From contig OX597838.1 in the NCBI GenBank assembly GCA_951406725.2, forward strand, positions 32,736,001 to 32,800,000: a DNA stretch of 64,000 nucleotides, in the 5' to 3' direction. The number at the start of each line of letters is the position of its first letter. The stretch's first letter is position 1. The DNA is from Octopus vulgaris (taxonomy: Eukaryota). The notes under the pieces are model-generated. The model did not search any database, was not told the DNA's origin, and was given only the letters and a program-made list of their open reading frames with translations. Both the position numbers and the translations under genes were made by a program. This document shows positions 51,978 to 64,000 of this stretch, piece by piece.

Positions 51978-52224
51978 CATGTTTGACTTTTGCTTTATAT
52001 TTGTACAAGTTGGCTCCAAGTCTCACCCAGAGACCTCAAGAGACAACAGGTTGGAAGTTTATGTTGTTGTTATGCCTAGTGTGCCATATATTTGGGTTTT
52101 TTTTTTGGTGTTGTACTAGTGAATGTCTAAAAAAAAACCCCCAAAATGTTTGTTTTAAACCTTGAGATTACATAGAAAGTATTTTGCGTAGGATATGAGC
52201 CGTTCCCATGAGCACTATCTTTTG

Positions 52225-52262
<38 letters not shown>
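51660..52262 (-). mobile_element. Two tandem 5'-truncated copies of the same R4/Dong-like element in (TAA)n
   Basis: Reverse complement of about 1655-1905, present twice (about 51692-51940 and 51975-52225) and separated by (ATT)n. Confidence 0.8.
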
Positions 52263-52265
<3 letters not shown>

Positions 52266-52872
52266 CGGCAGTGAACTGGCAGAATCATTAGAGTACTGGC
52301 CAAAATTTTTAGCGGTATTTCATCTGTCTTTACATTCTGAGTTCAAACAATGATGAGATCAACTTTATCTTTCATCTTTTTCAGGGTTGACTAGATAAAT
52401 ACCAGTTGAGCACTGGGGTTGATGTAATCAACCACTACCTTGCCTAGCAAAATTTCAGGCCTTGTACTTACAAGAGAAAGAAACATTTTTATTAAGACAG
52501 AATCAGTAGCACACCAAACAATATACATCGTGCCATTTTTGTTCATTGTTACATTCAGAGTTGCACCGAGGTTGACTTTGCCTTTCATCCTTTTGGAGGT
52601 CAATAAATTAAGTACCAGTCATGTACTGGGATTGAAGTAATTGACTAGACGCCCCCGCCACATAATTTCAAGCTTTGTATTTATAACAGAAAGGATTATT
52701 ATTATGATTATTGTTATTGGGTTAATGAGTTGAGTCATTAAGTTCAGTGCTCTAGAATTTAATGACTTGCAATAATGAGTTAATTAATATTTTTTTTTAC
52801 TGAATTCAAATCCTGTTGAATGTCTGCTTTTGTTTTACATCCTTCTGGAAGTTTCTATTGTTCCACTGCCCA

Positions 52873-53115
52873 CATGATGACGACGATGATGATGTTGATG
52901 ATGATGATAGTGATGATGATGATGATGATGATAGTGATGATGATGATGATGATGATAGTGATGATGATGATGATGGTGATAATGGTGACGATGATGATGA
53001 TGATGATGATGATAGTGATGATGATGATGGTGGCGATGATGATGATGATGATGATGGTGGTGGTGATGATGATGATGGTGGTGATGATGACGACGATGTT
53101 GGTGGTGATGATGAT
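52873..53115. repeat. (GAT/GGT)n microsatellite
   Basis: Direct inspection. Confidence 0.95.
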
Positions 53116-53781
53116 TCCTGATTTAGGAACAAGGCCAGGAAGTTTGAGTGGAGGGTGTTAAGTGATGCTCTCAGTCACAGAACTTTTGTTTTATCAGAAC
53201 CACCCCATCTCACTTGGCGAGATTAAAGGCAAACTTCGCCTTGGTGATATTTGGAAAAAAAAACCCAGAAATCTCAGATAATAGCATAATAAATAAGGGT
53301 AAAATATTTTTCTGTCCCAGTGTTTATGCCACCTTAATTTTGAGGGTATTTTATTTTTGCATTGAGGTGCCCAAGATGTAGGAGGCTGTATGAGTAAGAA
53401 GCTTGCTCACCAACCACATGGTCCTGGGTTCAGTCCTGTTGTGTGGCACCTTGAGCAAGTGTCTTCTACTATAGCTTCAGGCTGACTAAAGCCTTGTCAG
53501 TGGATTTGGTAGATGGAAAGTGAAAGACCATGGCACTTACACACACGTGTGTGCATGTGCACAGCTGTTTATCTTTGTCCCCTACACAGCTTCACAAGGG
53601 TGTTGGTTTCGTTATGTCCCCATAACTTAGTGGTTCAACAAAAAGAAACTAATAGACTAAATATCATACTTAAAAATAAGTCCTGGGGTCAAGCTGTTTG
53701 ACCAAACTCCTCAAGACTCTGCTCCAGCATGGCTACAGTCCAATGAGTGAAACAAAAGACCTCACTCAGTTAGACATTGGC

Positions 53782-54241
53782 AGTCTATCCTAGTTAGCCA
53801 AGTCTATCCTAGTTAGCCAAGTCTATCCTAGTTAACCAAGTCTATCCTAGTTAGCCAGGTCTGTCCTAGTTAGCCAAGTCTATCCTAGTTAGCCAAGCCT
53901 ATCCTAGTTAGCCAGGTCTGTTTTAGTTAGCCAAGTCTATCCTAGTTAACCAAGTCTATCCTAGTTAGCCAGGTCTGTCCTAGTTAGCCAAGTCTATCCT
54001 AGTTAGCCAAGCCTATCCTAGTTAGCCAGGTCTGTTTTAGTTAGCCAAGTCTATCCTAGTTAGCCAGGTCTGTCCTAGTTAGCCAAGTCTATCCTAGTTA
54101 GCCAAGTCTATCCTAGTTAGCCAAGTCTATCCTAGTTAACCAAGTCTATCCTAGTTAGCCAGGTCTGTCCTAGTTAGCCAAGTCTATCCTAGTTAGCCAA
54201 GTCTATCCTAGTTAGCCAGGTCTGTCCTAGTTAGCCAGGTC
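53782..54241. repeat. 19-bp minisatellite AGTCTATCCTAGTTAGCCA, about 24 copies
   Basis: Contiguous units with no spacers; variants GGTCTGTCC, GTTAACC and GGTCTGTTTT recur. Confidence 0.95.
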
Positions 54242-56484
54242 TTGTTTGAAATTAGATCACAACCAGCCAGAACACACAACACTTCAAAGCAACTTTCAAC
54301 AATCCTCTACTGTGGATGTGGAGGCAAGTGGCTTAATGGTTAGAGTATTGAACTCATGATCGTAAGATTGTGGTTTCAATTCCTGGATCAGGTAATGCAT
54401 TGTGCTTTTAAGCAAAACACATCATTTCACATTGCTCCAGTCCACTCAGCTGGCAAAAATGAGGAACCCTGTGAAAGACCAGCGTCCCATCTAGGGGGTG
54501 AATATATACACCAAGAAACCAGGAAATGGGCCCTCACGAGTCTATATGACCTGGAAAAGAACTTTACTTTTTATTTTATTACTCTGGACTGGCAGTTTTA
54601 TTTTATTGACCCTGATGAAGTAGACTTGAGTGTGATTTGAACACAGAAATGGAGGAAATATCACAAGACATTAATATCTCATACTTGTAAAACTGCCACT
54701 TCATCACCTAATAATGGTTTCGGATTTTGGCACAAGGCCAGCAATATCAGGGGAGGGTGTTAAGTTGATTACATCAACCCCAGTACACACCTGGTACTTA
54801 TTTTTATTGACCCCCAAAAGGATGAAAGGCAAAGTCGTCAACCTTGGCTGAATTTAAACTAGGACTATAAACACGGACAAAATACCTATTTCTTTATTAC
54901 CCACAAGGGGCTAAACACAGAGGGAACAAACATAGGTATTAAGTCGATTACATCGACCCCCAGGGCATAACTGGTACTTAATTTATCGACCCCGAAAGGA
55001 TGAAAGGCAAAGTCGACCTCGGCAGAATTTGAACTCACAACATAACGCAGACGAAATACCTATTTCTTTATTACCCACAAGGGGCTAAACACAGAGGGGA
55101 CAAACAGGGACAGACATAGGTATTAAGTCGATTACATCGACCCCAGTGCGTAACTGGTACTTAATTTATCGACCCCGAAAGGATGAAAGGCAAAGTCGAC
55201 CTCGGCAGAATTTGAACTCACAACGTAACGGCAGACGAAATACCGCTAAGCATTTCGCCCGGCGTGCTAACGTTTCTGCCAGCTCGCCGGACAAAATACC
55301 ATTAAGCATTTTGTCCAGTGTGTTAAAGGGTCTGCCAGCTCACCACCTTAATAATACTTTCTATAAGCACAAGGCTTCAAATTAGAGGGAAGGTGATAGT
55401 GGGTTACATTGACCCCAGTGTGCAACTGGTACTTGTTTTATTGACCTCAAAAGGATGAAAAGCAAAGTTGACCTTGGCAGAATTTGAACTCAGAACGTAG
55501 CGGCATACGAAATACCGCTAAGTATTTCGCCCAGCAAGCTAATAATTCTGCCAGCTCACTGCTTTATTTGCCACATTGGTAATAGCAATAATCCTTTCTA
55601 CTATAGGTACAAGGCCTGAAATATGGGGGGAGGGGGGCCAGTCAATTAGATCGACACCAGTATGCAACTGGTACTTATTTTGTCAACCCCAAAAGGATGA
55701 AAAGCAAAGTCAACTTCGGTGGAATTTGAACTCAGAACGTGAAGACAGACAAAATACTGCTAAGCATTTCGCCCCCGTTATGCTAACGATTTATGTTCTT
55801 TTTCATTTTTTTTTTTTTTTTCACACTCAGGTATAGTCATGGGTGCAGCTAGGATTTCAACCCTGGAAAAGTTGGCAATTATTAAAATGGATCCCTCGTT
55901 AGTTGCATCTAATTTTGGAAAAAGAAAAAAAAAAAATGTAGAAGAAAGGTGAAATAAACATCAGAGATGCTCTGCCCCACACAGAAGCTGCAGGAGTTAC
56001 TCAGAGGTTTTGCACTCTCTTCTAAATCCACATGAGCTTTCATAATAAAATTCCTTACATTCTACACGAGTATCATCAGCCGGTATTTCAAAACCACAAG
56101 CGTTTCGACACTTAGCCTGTACGCTTCACCTGAGCGGGGCAGCGAGGACTGAATTAATCTTCACCTATAGAAGGGTTCCGCTGGCTGTCTCTTATCAACC
56201 ATAGCTACCTTTCTTTGTGCGTGGAGATAAAGTGTGTAGGGTGAGTATTTTCTTCTGAGCTTGTGTACAAACCATCCACCGTATGTACGAAAGTGAAATG
56301 GTACCCTCCAATTTTGACAGAGAGGTTTCATAATAAATAAATAAAATTCCTCACATTCTACTCGAGTATCATCAGCCGGTATTTCAGGGTCACAAGCGTT
56401 TCGACCCTTAGCCTGTACACTTTGCCTGAATGGGGCAGCAAGGGCTGAATTAATCTTCATCAATTTTTGAGCCCATACATGTTC

Positions 56485-56760
56485 AGATTAGACGATGGAA
56501 ATGGAGATGGATCGGACATACACTGCGGAAAGAACCGTCAAATGTGACACGACAAGCACTTGACTGGAACCCACAGTGGGAAAAGGAAGCGAGGATGCCC
56601 GAAGCAGACATGGAAGCGGAGCATTTTGGACGAGCTCAGGACCACCGGCCTGACATAGGAAGCAGCAGCCAAGAAACACGCCAATGACCGCAAAAAGTGG
56701 AAAACAACTGTTGAGGCCCTATGCTCCACAAGGGGCAAAAAGGAATAAGACGAAGAAGAA
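56485..56760 (+). mobile_element. RTE-clade LINE 3' fragment
   Basis: RWKWRWIGHTLRK...TRQALDWNPQ...QTWKR...WKTTVEALCS with a (GAA)n tail. Confidence 0.75.
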
Positions 56761-57103
56761 TTTTGACACATGAGGTTCCATAATTAAATTCCTCACGTTC
56801 TATATTAGTAAATAAAGCTTTGTTTTAAGGGACTCGTTGAATAGATTTAACCATTATACAAATGTTTTTCTTTGAAAAAAAAATTCAATATACAAGTCAC
56901 AGGCAACCAATTGCCTACAAGACTTTCTGGATGGCATGGCTAATAAAAAAGTTACCTCGAATTTTTACAGTACTATGGGCCACCTGTTGATGGACCATGT
57001 CTCATGTGGCCCGCTTCTCAAAAATCATTGCCCATGTCTGATACACAAGTTTAGACAAAATCTCTGGCAGAAGCAATACATGCAAAGGAGCCTATTCAGA
57101 CTG

Positions 57104-57105
57104 GT

Positions 57106-57159
<54 letters not shown>

Positions 57160-57341
57160 TGGGGAATTTATCACATTTTATTTTGGCTTGAAGATGAAAT
57201 AAAAAGTCAAGAAAAAATACTCTCAAAAATTGCCAGCAGTAGTAGTAGTAGTAGTAGCAGTAGTAGTAGTAGTAGGAGGAGGAGAGGGGGAGTAGTTGCA
57301 GCAGCAGTTGTAGTAGTAGTAGTTGCAGCAGTACCAGTACC

Positions 57342-57390
<49 letters not shown>
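57104..57390. repeat. (TAG/CAG)n microsatellites
   Basis: Direct inspection. Confidence 0.95.
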
Positions 57391-58184
57391 TGCAAAGGAA
57401 GTGAGCAATGACAGAACAAACCAATGAGGGAAGCCTCTAAATGATTGATGAGTCTGCTAGAAATAGCAGCAGTCAAATTTCCCTCAAACTACACTAGGAA
57501 CTATATGGAAAAAGAAAAAAAAAAAAGAAATAAAATGGACGCACTGGACAATGTAAGTCACAAGATCCATCTACAATGTGTAAAAAAATAAGAGACAGGA
57601 TGGTCACGTTTGTGGAATGCCTTTGATCGAAAGGTCTGCTGGATTAGGACTGACCTACCTGGGGTTTAAACAACAACAACAACAAAAATAATGACGACAA
57701 TAGCAGCGACAGGTAATACCATGAGACTTTGTCGGGAAGGGGGGATGTTGGAAAAGAAAGGGGCTGTTGCGAGAGGAGGGGGAGTTGTGGTCAGAGGAAG
57801 GGGCTAAGGAGTTTGAGGACAGTTCCTTATAAGGAATATGATTTATACATTTTGACTCAGGAGCAATGGTATAAGCTGCTTCAAAGAATGTTATCAGGTT
57901 AATCCTTTTTTTCAGAGCATGTTTTGCATAGGTGTTTTTAATTAATTTCAGAAAATAATCAAGAATCTGGAGGGATTTAGCGAAAGAACATCATCGATGT
58001 TTGGAACTTAACTAAAGGAAGTTTTACATTTAACAAAAAAAAAAAAAAAAAAAAACTTAGATGAAAGGTCTTAATTGAAATAAAAACAATTGAAAATGAG
58101 AAATTTTGTTGTCATGGAACCAGAATTAGTCCCAGACAGGTTGAAAGACTTCTGAAACATTTAAGTGTGAAATTAAATTTTATG

Positions 58185-58854
58185 GCAGCGTGGAAGGTGT
58201 TTATAAACCATTTAAGAAACACAAAAACTGTTAGATTCACTGGATCTTTTCGGTTTGAACGGCAGTTTTTTCTAGCGGTGTCATATGAAATTGTCACCCA
58301 TAATTATGACCCTAGAATTGATCTATTGCATTTCAATCTCTTTTAGGGTTAGGGTTAGGGTGAGGGGTGGAAGAAGGGTATCTTTTTTTCTTCACAAATG
58401 TAAATAAACCCAATGTTTCTTAAACGAGGGACATATTCATACGGCACAGAATGCTTTTTAACTCAATAGACGTCACTGATTGGTTGAAATTGCAGAAATT
58501 GAAGAAAAAAAAACAACAAATATCTTACAAACTATAGAATTTTCTCAATAAAGCCAAGAGAAAAAGATGTTTTGTAAACACATTCTACCAGTATATGAAG
58601 TTTAAAATTTTTTTAGGTACCTAGAAATTATGTTAAAAACTGCTGTTCAAACCGAAAAGATCCGATTCACTTCAACATTTAAATTTAATTTGTCAAAATA
58701 TTTTCGTCGCTTTGAGAGCACAGAATTTTGTCAGTGAACAGGTCACGGTCTCAAAGCGACGAAAATATTTTGACAAATGAAATTTAAATGTTGAAGTGAA
58801 TCTAACGGGTTTTTGTGTGTTTCTTAAATGGCTTATAAACACCTTCCACGCTGC
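58185..58854. mobile_element. Palindromic MITE interrupted by a nested MITE
   Basis: gcagcgtggaaggtgtttataa...cgtcgctttgaga / tctcaaagcgacg...ttataaacaccttccacgctgc. Confidence 0.8.
58242..58663. mobile_element. MITE with GG-initiated TIRs and an 8-bp TSD (GATTCACT)
   Basis: GATTCACT at 58234-58241 and 58664-58671; TIRs ggatcttttcggtttgaac / gttcaaaccgaaaagatcc. Confidence 0.88.
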
Positions 58855-61512
58855 AATTGTTTTCGTTCCAGCATACGATCTCAGATCAGGTCACTTGCTA
58901 TGCAAGTACATCTCCATAAATTGTATGGTTAATTCAGTAATTATTTTAAATATCTACCAAAAAATATAGAATTGGTATTTTCTGCAAGTTATGCTGCCTC
59001 AATAAATTTGATATATCTCAAAAAGAAATAGTTTTAAACATTACATTTCCCAACAAAAGATACACTGGTATATAAAACTGCTTTCTGCAGTAAATGGTAA
59101 TGAAATTTTGATTGGTTATATCTGATTTCTGCATTTAAAAGGATTAACCAATGATAGCATAGCAATAATGATGAGGGTGATTACACTAACGAAGTTGATT
59201 ATGACATTGATGACAATCCTTATTCTCTTAATCTTGTAATTAACTAATTCTAACCATGAAGGCGCTTGGATCAGTGGTTACGACGTCGGGCTCACAATCA
59301 TGAAGTAGTGAGTTCGATTCCCAGACTGGGCTGTATGTGGCGCTATTGAGCAAGACACATTATTTCCTGTCGTTCCAGTTCATTCAACTGTAGAAATAAG
59401 TTGTGACATCACTGGAGCCAAGCTGTATCGACCTCTGCCTCACCTTTGGATAACTCCAGTGGCGCAATGAGGGGAAGCTGGTATACATGGGCGACTGTTG
59501 GTGTCTTCCACGAACAACCTTACCAGGACTTGTGCCTTGGAGGGGAACTTTCTAGGAGCAATCCCATGGTCATTCATGACCAAAGGGTGTCTTTACCTAA
59601 TCTAGATTTTTGACTGGGAAATTAAACTTTGTCGTTTTGGGATTTGGTTTGCAAGATTCTTTATGTGAGTTCGTGTGTTGAAGCATATTCTGTTGTGTCT
59701 GGGGAGAGTCATTCTCTTTTGGTGCCTTATTAATTTAACACACTCACCGGTAAAATTTCCACTTGTTTCTTTTTTATTTTTCTAAAATTTTTGTTGCATC
59801 TTGCAACCTTTTCAATAGTTGTTGACTATTTTACCGGTGAGGGTGTTAAATTATAAAGCACCAAAAGAGAATGACTCTCCCCAGACGCAACAGATTAAAT
59901 TTTATGGTTATTCCAGTAATGATGTCAAATATCTATCAAAAAAATATAGAAATAGTATTTTCTGCAAGTCATGTTACTTCGATAAACTTGACATATCTCA
60001 ACAGAAAATAGTTTCAAACATGAGATTCCTCAACAAAAGACAGATTGGGATATAAAACTGCTTTCAAGTGGACATATCTGATTTCCACCATAAAATGATT
60101 AAGCAGCCTGGGTTGTTGTGAAGCTTTCTAATCCGGTTAACTCTCCAGTTAGGGTAACCAGCAACTTTGACCAAACAGAAGCTCCATGATAAATGGAAGT
60201 AGACCAGCAGATATTTTTAACATTTCGGTGATTGATTCCAACTTATCGGATCAATGGCAATAACTAGAATCTAAAAAAAAAAAAAAAAATAGACAGGCGC
60301 TGGAGTGGCTGTGTGGTAAGTAGCTTGCTAACCAACCACATGGTTCCAGGTTCGGTCCCACTGCATGACACCTTGGGCAAGTGTCTTCTACTATAGCCTC
60401 GGGTCGACCAAAGCCTTGTGAGTGGATTTGGTAGACGGAAACTGAAAGAAGCCCGTCGTATATATGTATACATATATATGTGCGTGTGTGTGTGTGTTTG
60501 TGTGTCTGTGTTTGTCCCGCCAACATTGCTTGACAACCGATGGTGGTGTGTTTACGTTCCCGTAACCTAGCGGTTCGGCAAAAGAGACCAATACAATAAG
60601 TACTAGGCTTACAAAGAATAAGTCCTGGGGTCAATTTGCTCGACTAAAGGCGGTGCTCTAGCAAGGCCGCAGTCAAATGACTGAAACAAGTAAAAGAGTA
60701 AATTAATTGTTTGAAAGCCTGAAATATTCTAAATGTCACTACCTTATCAGAGACGAAAGTTGTGCTGTCTTTAAAGAGGATGAAGCTAAAATATTACATA
60801 TTTACCATTACGGGTAATTCTAGAAAATTTCAAAAATTTTCTCTTTCAGAAAATTTAGAATTTTCTAGAATCACTTTCCTATGTATGTCATCAAATCTTA
60901 TTTTCTTTACTCATTGTTACACAAAAGACTAATGAAGTAAGAAGTTTTATAATTAAAAATTTAGGTTTTGATTAGTGCAGCTTATATTCATGCAACTGAG
61001 TGTGTGCGCATGCGTGTGTGTGTGTGTGTGTGTGTGTGTATATTGTGAGGGCACGTGGCCTAGTGGTTAGGGTGTTGTACCCATGATCAGGAGATCGTGG
61101 TTTCAGTTCCTAGACAGTATGGTGCATTGCATCCTTGAGCAAAACACCTCGTCTCACATTGCTCTGCAATCACTACGACACCTGATGCATGGTACACAGT
61201 GACACCTGTTCAGACAACGTCGATTTGATGGAGGGACAGGTGAGCTAGTGTGTGGCATGAACACTTGATCACTGCAAACAAATCTTTTGTGCAAGCCGAA
61301 CGCTCATATGTTGTCTTTGACAGGAGAGTCCATCACACACACACACATATATATATATGAGGGAATATTATTCCAAACTTACAGGGAAAAATTCAATTTA
61401 GAAATACTAAATCAAATTTCACCAAATATAATATACATATATATATATATATATAAATTAGAAATAATTTAATTTTTCATTATTGAATTGATAAAAGGTG
61501 GGTTTTTTTCTA

Positions 61513-61575
<63 letters not shown>

Positions 61576-61938
61576 TACTAACAGTTTCCTAATTCCAGTT
61601 CATAAATGTGTGAGCAGTTGTAATAATTTAATTTTAAAGTTTTTGAAAGAAAATTGTTCACAGTTAATTTACAGTATTTGACAAAACAAAATATTGCACA
61701 GGGTTTCTGGTTTCTGTTCTGGGGTTGGTTTTTTTTGTTTGTTTGTTTGTTTGTTTTTTTTGTTTTTGTTTTTTAGATTAAAAAAATAAATACAATTAAA
61801 AAAAAAAAAACAGAGACACCTTCGCAGATATTTGTGGAAACAGAGTTTAGAAAGCATGAAGAGTTGATGTAGAGGAAATCAGCAAATATTCGACTGGATG
61901 TTTAAATGAAAATAATGATGACTCAACAGAAGACGAAT

Positions 61939-62961
61939 TTAAGGAATAGAATGGTTTTTGCGTTCACAGCACTGGGTTGGAAGGACATCCCAATTGTAGA
62001 TGTATGATGGCCTCTTTTTAATCTGTCGTCGACACAAATGTCCTGTTTTTAGAAGATGATCGTGCTTGTCTTGGATATCCTGCATGGACTGTTTGTGGGT
62101 AATTAGATAAATATTATTGCAGCCACGTGATATGAACTCGGTATCGAATCGAGGATCGTGGACACGGTTTATAGACAGCGGTGCCAACCAGACGCCAACC
62201 GAGACGTCTTCGCTACGGAAGAGCTGCAGTAGATTTCTGTTGGTAGCAATGAAATGGATGAGATCTGATGACAGCACGTACCCACCGCCGACTGCATATG
62301 GTAAATAACGATCACAAAGAACAAATTCCTTCTCCTGCCATTTGCCTTGCTTCTTTACATGGGCTCTTCCATCAAAGAAACCCCAATACAAACGTCTCTT
62401 CCCTGAAGATCTTAGTTCTTTCTCTATGACGTCCAGTCTTACGTAAGTGTCTTGGTCAGTTTTGATCACATATTTGTAGTCGATATTGTTGTCGATCCAT
62501 GTGAAACTATCCAACACCTTCAACGTCAGATTCTTATAAGCGTCGACGACCTCCGGTAAAAGGATCAGGTCTTGTTTCAGCAGGTTCTCCTTGAGAAGGT
62601 CGTCCCTTGTTTCGTTGGTCAAGTTTCCCGTTCCGATTACAAAGCGAGCAAGAATATCATCAGGAACATTTTTGAGCCACGTCTCTCGAATGAGGTTGCG
62701 GTACCTTCGGTCTTTTGGACCCGACATAACCAGAACGATGAGGAAGCAAGACAGGGTCTGCTGGGTCACGGAATTGACATTTTTCCAGTAAGTTCTGCTC
62801 TGAAGGTAGCGTATGTCCTGTCGCAGCTGATTGCCGACAGCATTGTCGCAGGTCCACGAACAGAGAGACAGGCAAAGCACCAAACAGAAGGTGACCACAA
62901 TGCCACATATCAGCACGGTGGTTCCGTGCCTGGCAGAGAATCTTCGCAGTTTCGATACCAT
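61939..62961 (-). CDS. B3GALT6: Beta-1,3-galactosyltransferase 6 (GT31, GAG linker GalT-II), single coding exon, 340 aa
   Basis: Open ORF. First in-frame ATG at 62961 (MVSKLRR), N-terminal TM anchor, then GT31 motifs RNLIRETW, RFVIG, DAYKNLTLKV, KTDQDTYV, LYWGFFDGRAHVK..GKW.E....CDRYLPYA.GGGYVLS, SEDVSVGVWLAP, HDPRFDTEF.SRGC.N.YLITHK, SYIYNWDVLPTQCC. A polypyrimidine-AG acceptor near 63034 suggests an upstream 5'UTR exon. Confidence 0.95.
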   Translation of the reverse strand: MVSKLRRFSARHGTTVLICGIVVTFCLVLCLSLCSWTCDNAVGNQLRQDIRYLQSRTYWKNVNSVTQQTLSCFLIVLVMSGPKDRRYRNLIRETWLKNVPDDILARFVIGTGNLTNETRDDLLKENLLKQDLILLPEVVDAYKNLTLKVLDSFTWIDNNIDYKYVIKTDQDTYVRLDVIEKELRSSGKRRLYWGFFDGRAHVKKQGKWQEKEFVLCDRYLPYAVGGGYVLSSDLIHFIATNRNLLQLFRSEDVSVGVWLAPLSINRVHDPRFDTEFISRGCNNIYLITHKQSMQDIQDKHDHLLKTGHLCRRQIKKRPSYIYNWDVLPTQCCERKNHSIP

Positions 62962-63288
62962 TTGAAAGACTTTGGTGGTTGACAGATCAGCAGATGGAAG
63001 ACAAATTAAATATTTACACCAAATCCATGTCACCTTCAAAAACAAAAGAAAGAAACAAACAGATTAACAAACATTTTAAAAACGATATGAAGTATTATTT
63101 TCAAGAGTTTATTCTTTTACTTGTTTCAGTCATTTTACTGTGGCCATGCTGGAGCACCACCTTTTTAATCGGGTTAATCGACCCCAGGACTCAGTCTCTT
63201 TTGCCGAACCACTAAGTTATGGGGATGTAAGCACATCATCATCAGTTGTCAAGCGATGTTGGGGGGACAAACACAGACACACAAACAT

Positions 63289-63324
<36 letters not shown>

Positions 63325-63494
63325 ATATATACATATGACAGGCTTCTTTCAGTTTCCGTCTACCAAATCCACTCACAAGGCTTTGGTCGGCCCGAGGCTA
63401 TAGTAGAAGACACTTGCCAAAGGTGCCACACAGTGGGACTGAACCCAGAACCATGTGGTTGGTAAGCAAACTACTTACCACACAGCCACTCCTG

Positions 63495-63526
<32 letters not shown>

Positions 63527-64000
63527 CTTATATATTTATTCTTTTATTTGCTTGTCATTTGAATGCGGCCATGCTGGAGCACCGCCTTTAGTCGAACAAA
63601 TCAACTCTAGGACTTATTCTTTCTAATCCTAGTGCTTATTCTATCGGTCGGTTTTGCTGAACCGCTAAGTTATGGGGATGTAAACACATCATCATCAGTT
63701 GTCAAGTGATGTTGGGGGGACAAACACAGATACACAAACACACACTCATATTTATATATATATACGACGGGCTTCTTTCAGTTTCCGCCAACCAAATTCA
63801 CTCGCAAGGCTCTGGTTGGCCTGAAGCTATAGTAAAAGACAGTTGCCGAAGGTGCCACACAGTGTGACTGAACCCAGAACCATGTGGTTGGTAAGCAAGC
63901 TACTTACCACACAGCCATTCCTGCGCCAATAATAATAATAATAATCCTTTCCACTATAGGCACAAGGCCTGAAATTTTGGGGGAGGGGGTTAGTCAATTA

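Noticed and set aside
52806-53161. Poly-Asp/Ser/Met ORFs and a possible exon at 52800-52865
   Set aside because: (GAT)n microsatellite; the adjacent unique piece has stops in all frames and a poor donor.
53782-54241. Possible CRISPR array
   Set aside because: No spacers, no cas genes, eukaryotic context; it is a contiguous minisatellite.
58343-58367. Interstitial telomere / fusion scar
   Set aside because: Only three TTAGGG units, and they are internal to a MITE.
62962-63045. N-terminal 28-aa extension of the 368-aa B3GALT6 ORF
   Set aside because: It starts at a non-ATG codon overlapping a splice-acceptor-like tract; the first in-frame ATG is at 62961, just before the TM anchor.

Overview
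This is AT-rich, microsatellite- and SINE-saturated eukaryotic DNA; the repeat families are most consistent with a coleoid cephalopod such as Octopus (inference). Two protein-coding genes are well supported, both on the minus strand. (1) A complete pescadillo homolog (PES1/Nop7), assembled by hand from 17 GT-AG exons between 44260 and 12116: 1773 nt, 590 aa, frame continuous. (2) A single-coding-exon beta-1,3-galactosyltransferase 6 (B3GALT6-like) at 61939-62961. Nearly all other ORFs in the supplied track are artefacts of (TA)n/(CA)n/(GAT)n repeats or SINEs. The non-coding space holds several tRNA-derived SINE families (some in tandem arrays), 3' fragments of CR1-, R4/Dong- and RTE-like LINEs, mariner/piggyBac/Helitron-type non-autonomous elements and long palindromes. 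It also holds a set of distinct hammerhead-ribozyme (HHR) motifs of the Penelope type. The most unusual object is in PES1 intron 12: a tRNA-headed element carrying a minimal hammerhead, arranged as an inverted pair and flanked by a 13-bp direct repeat. It is a candidate Penelope-mobilised, ribozyme-bearing SINE.
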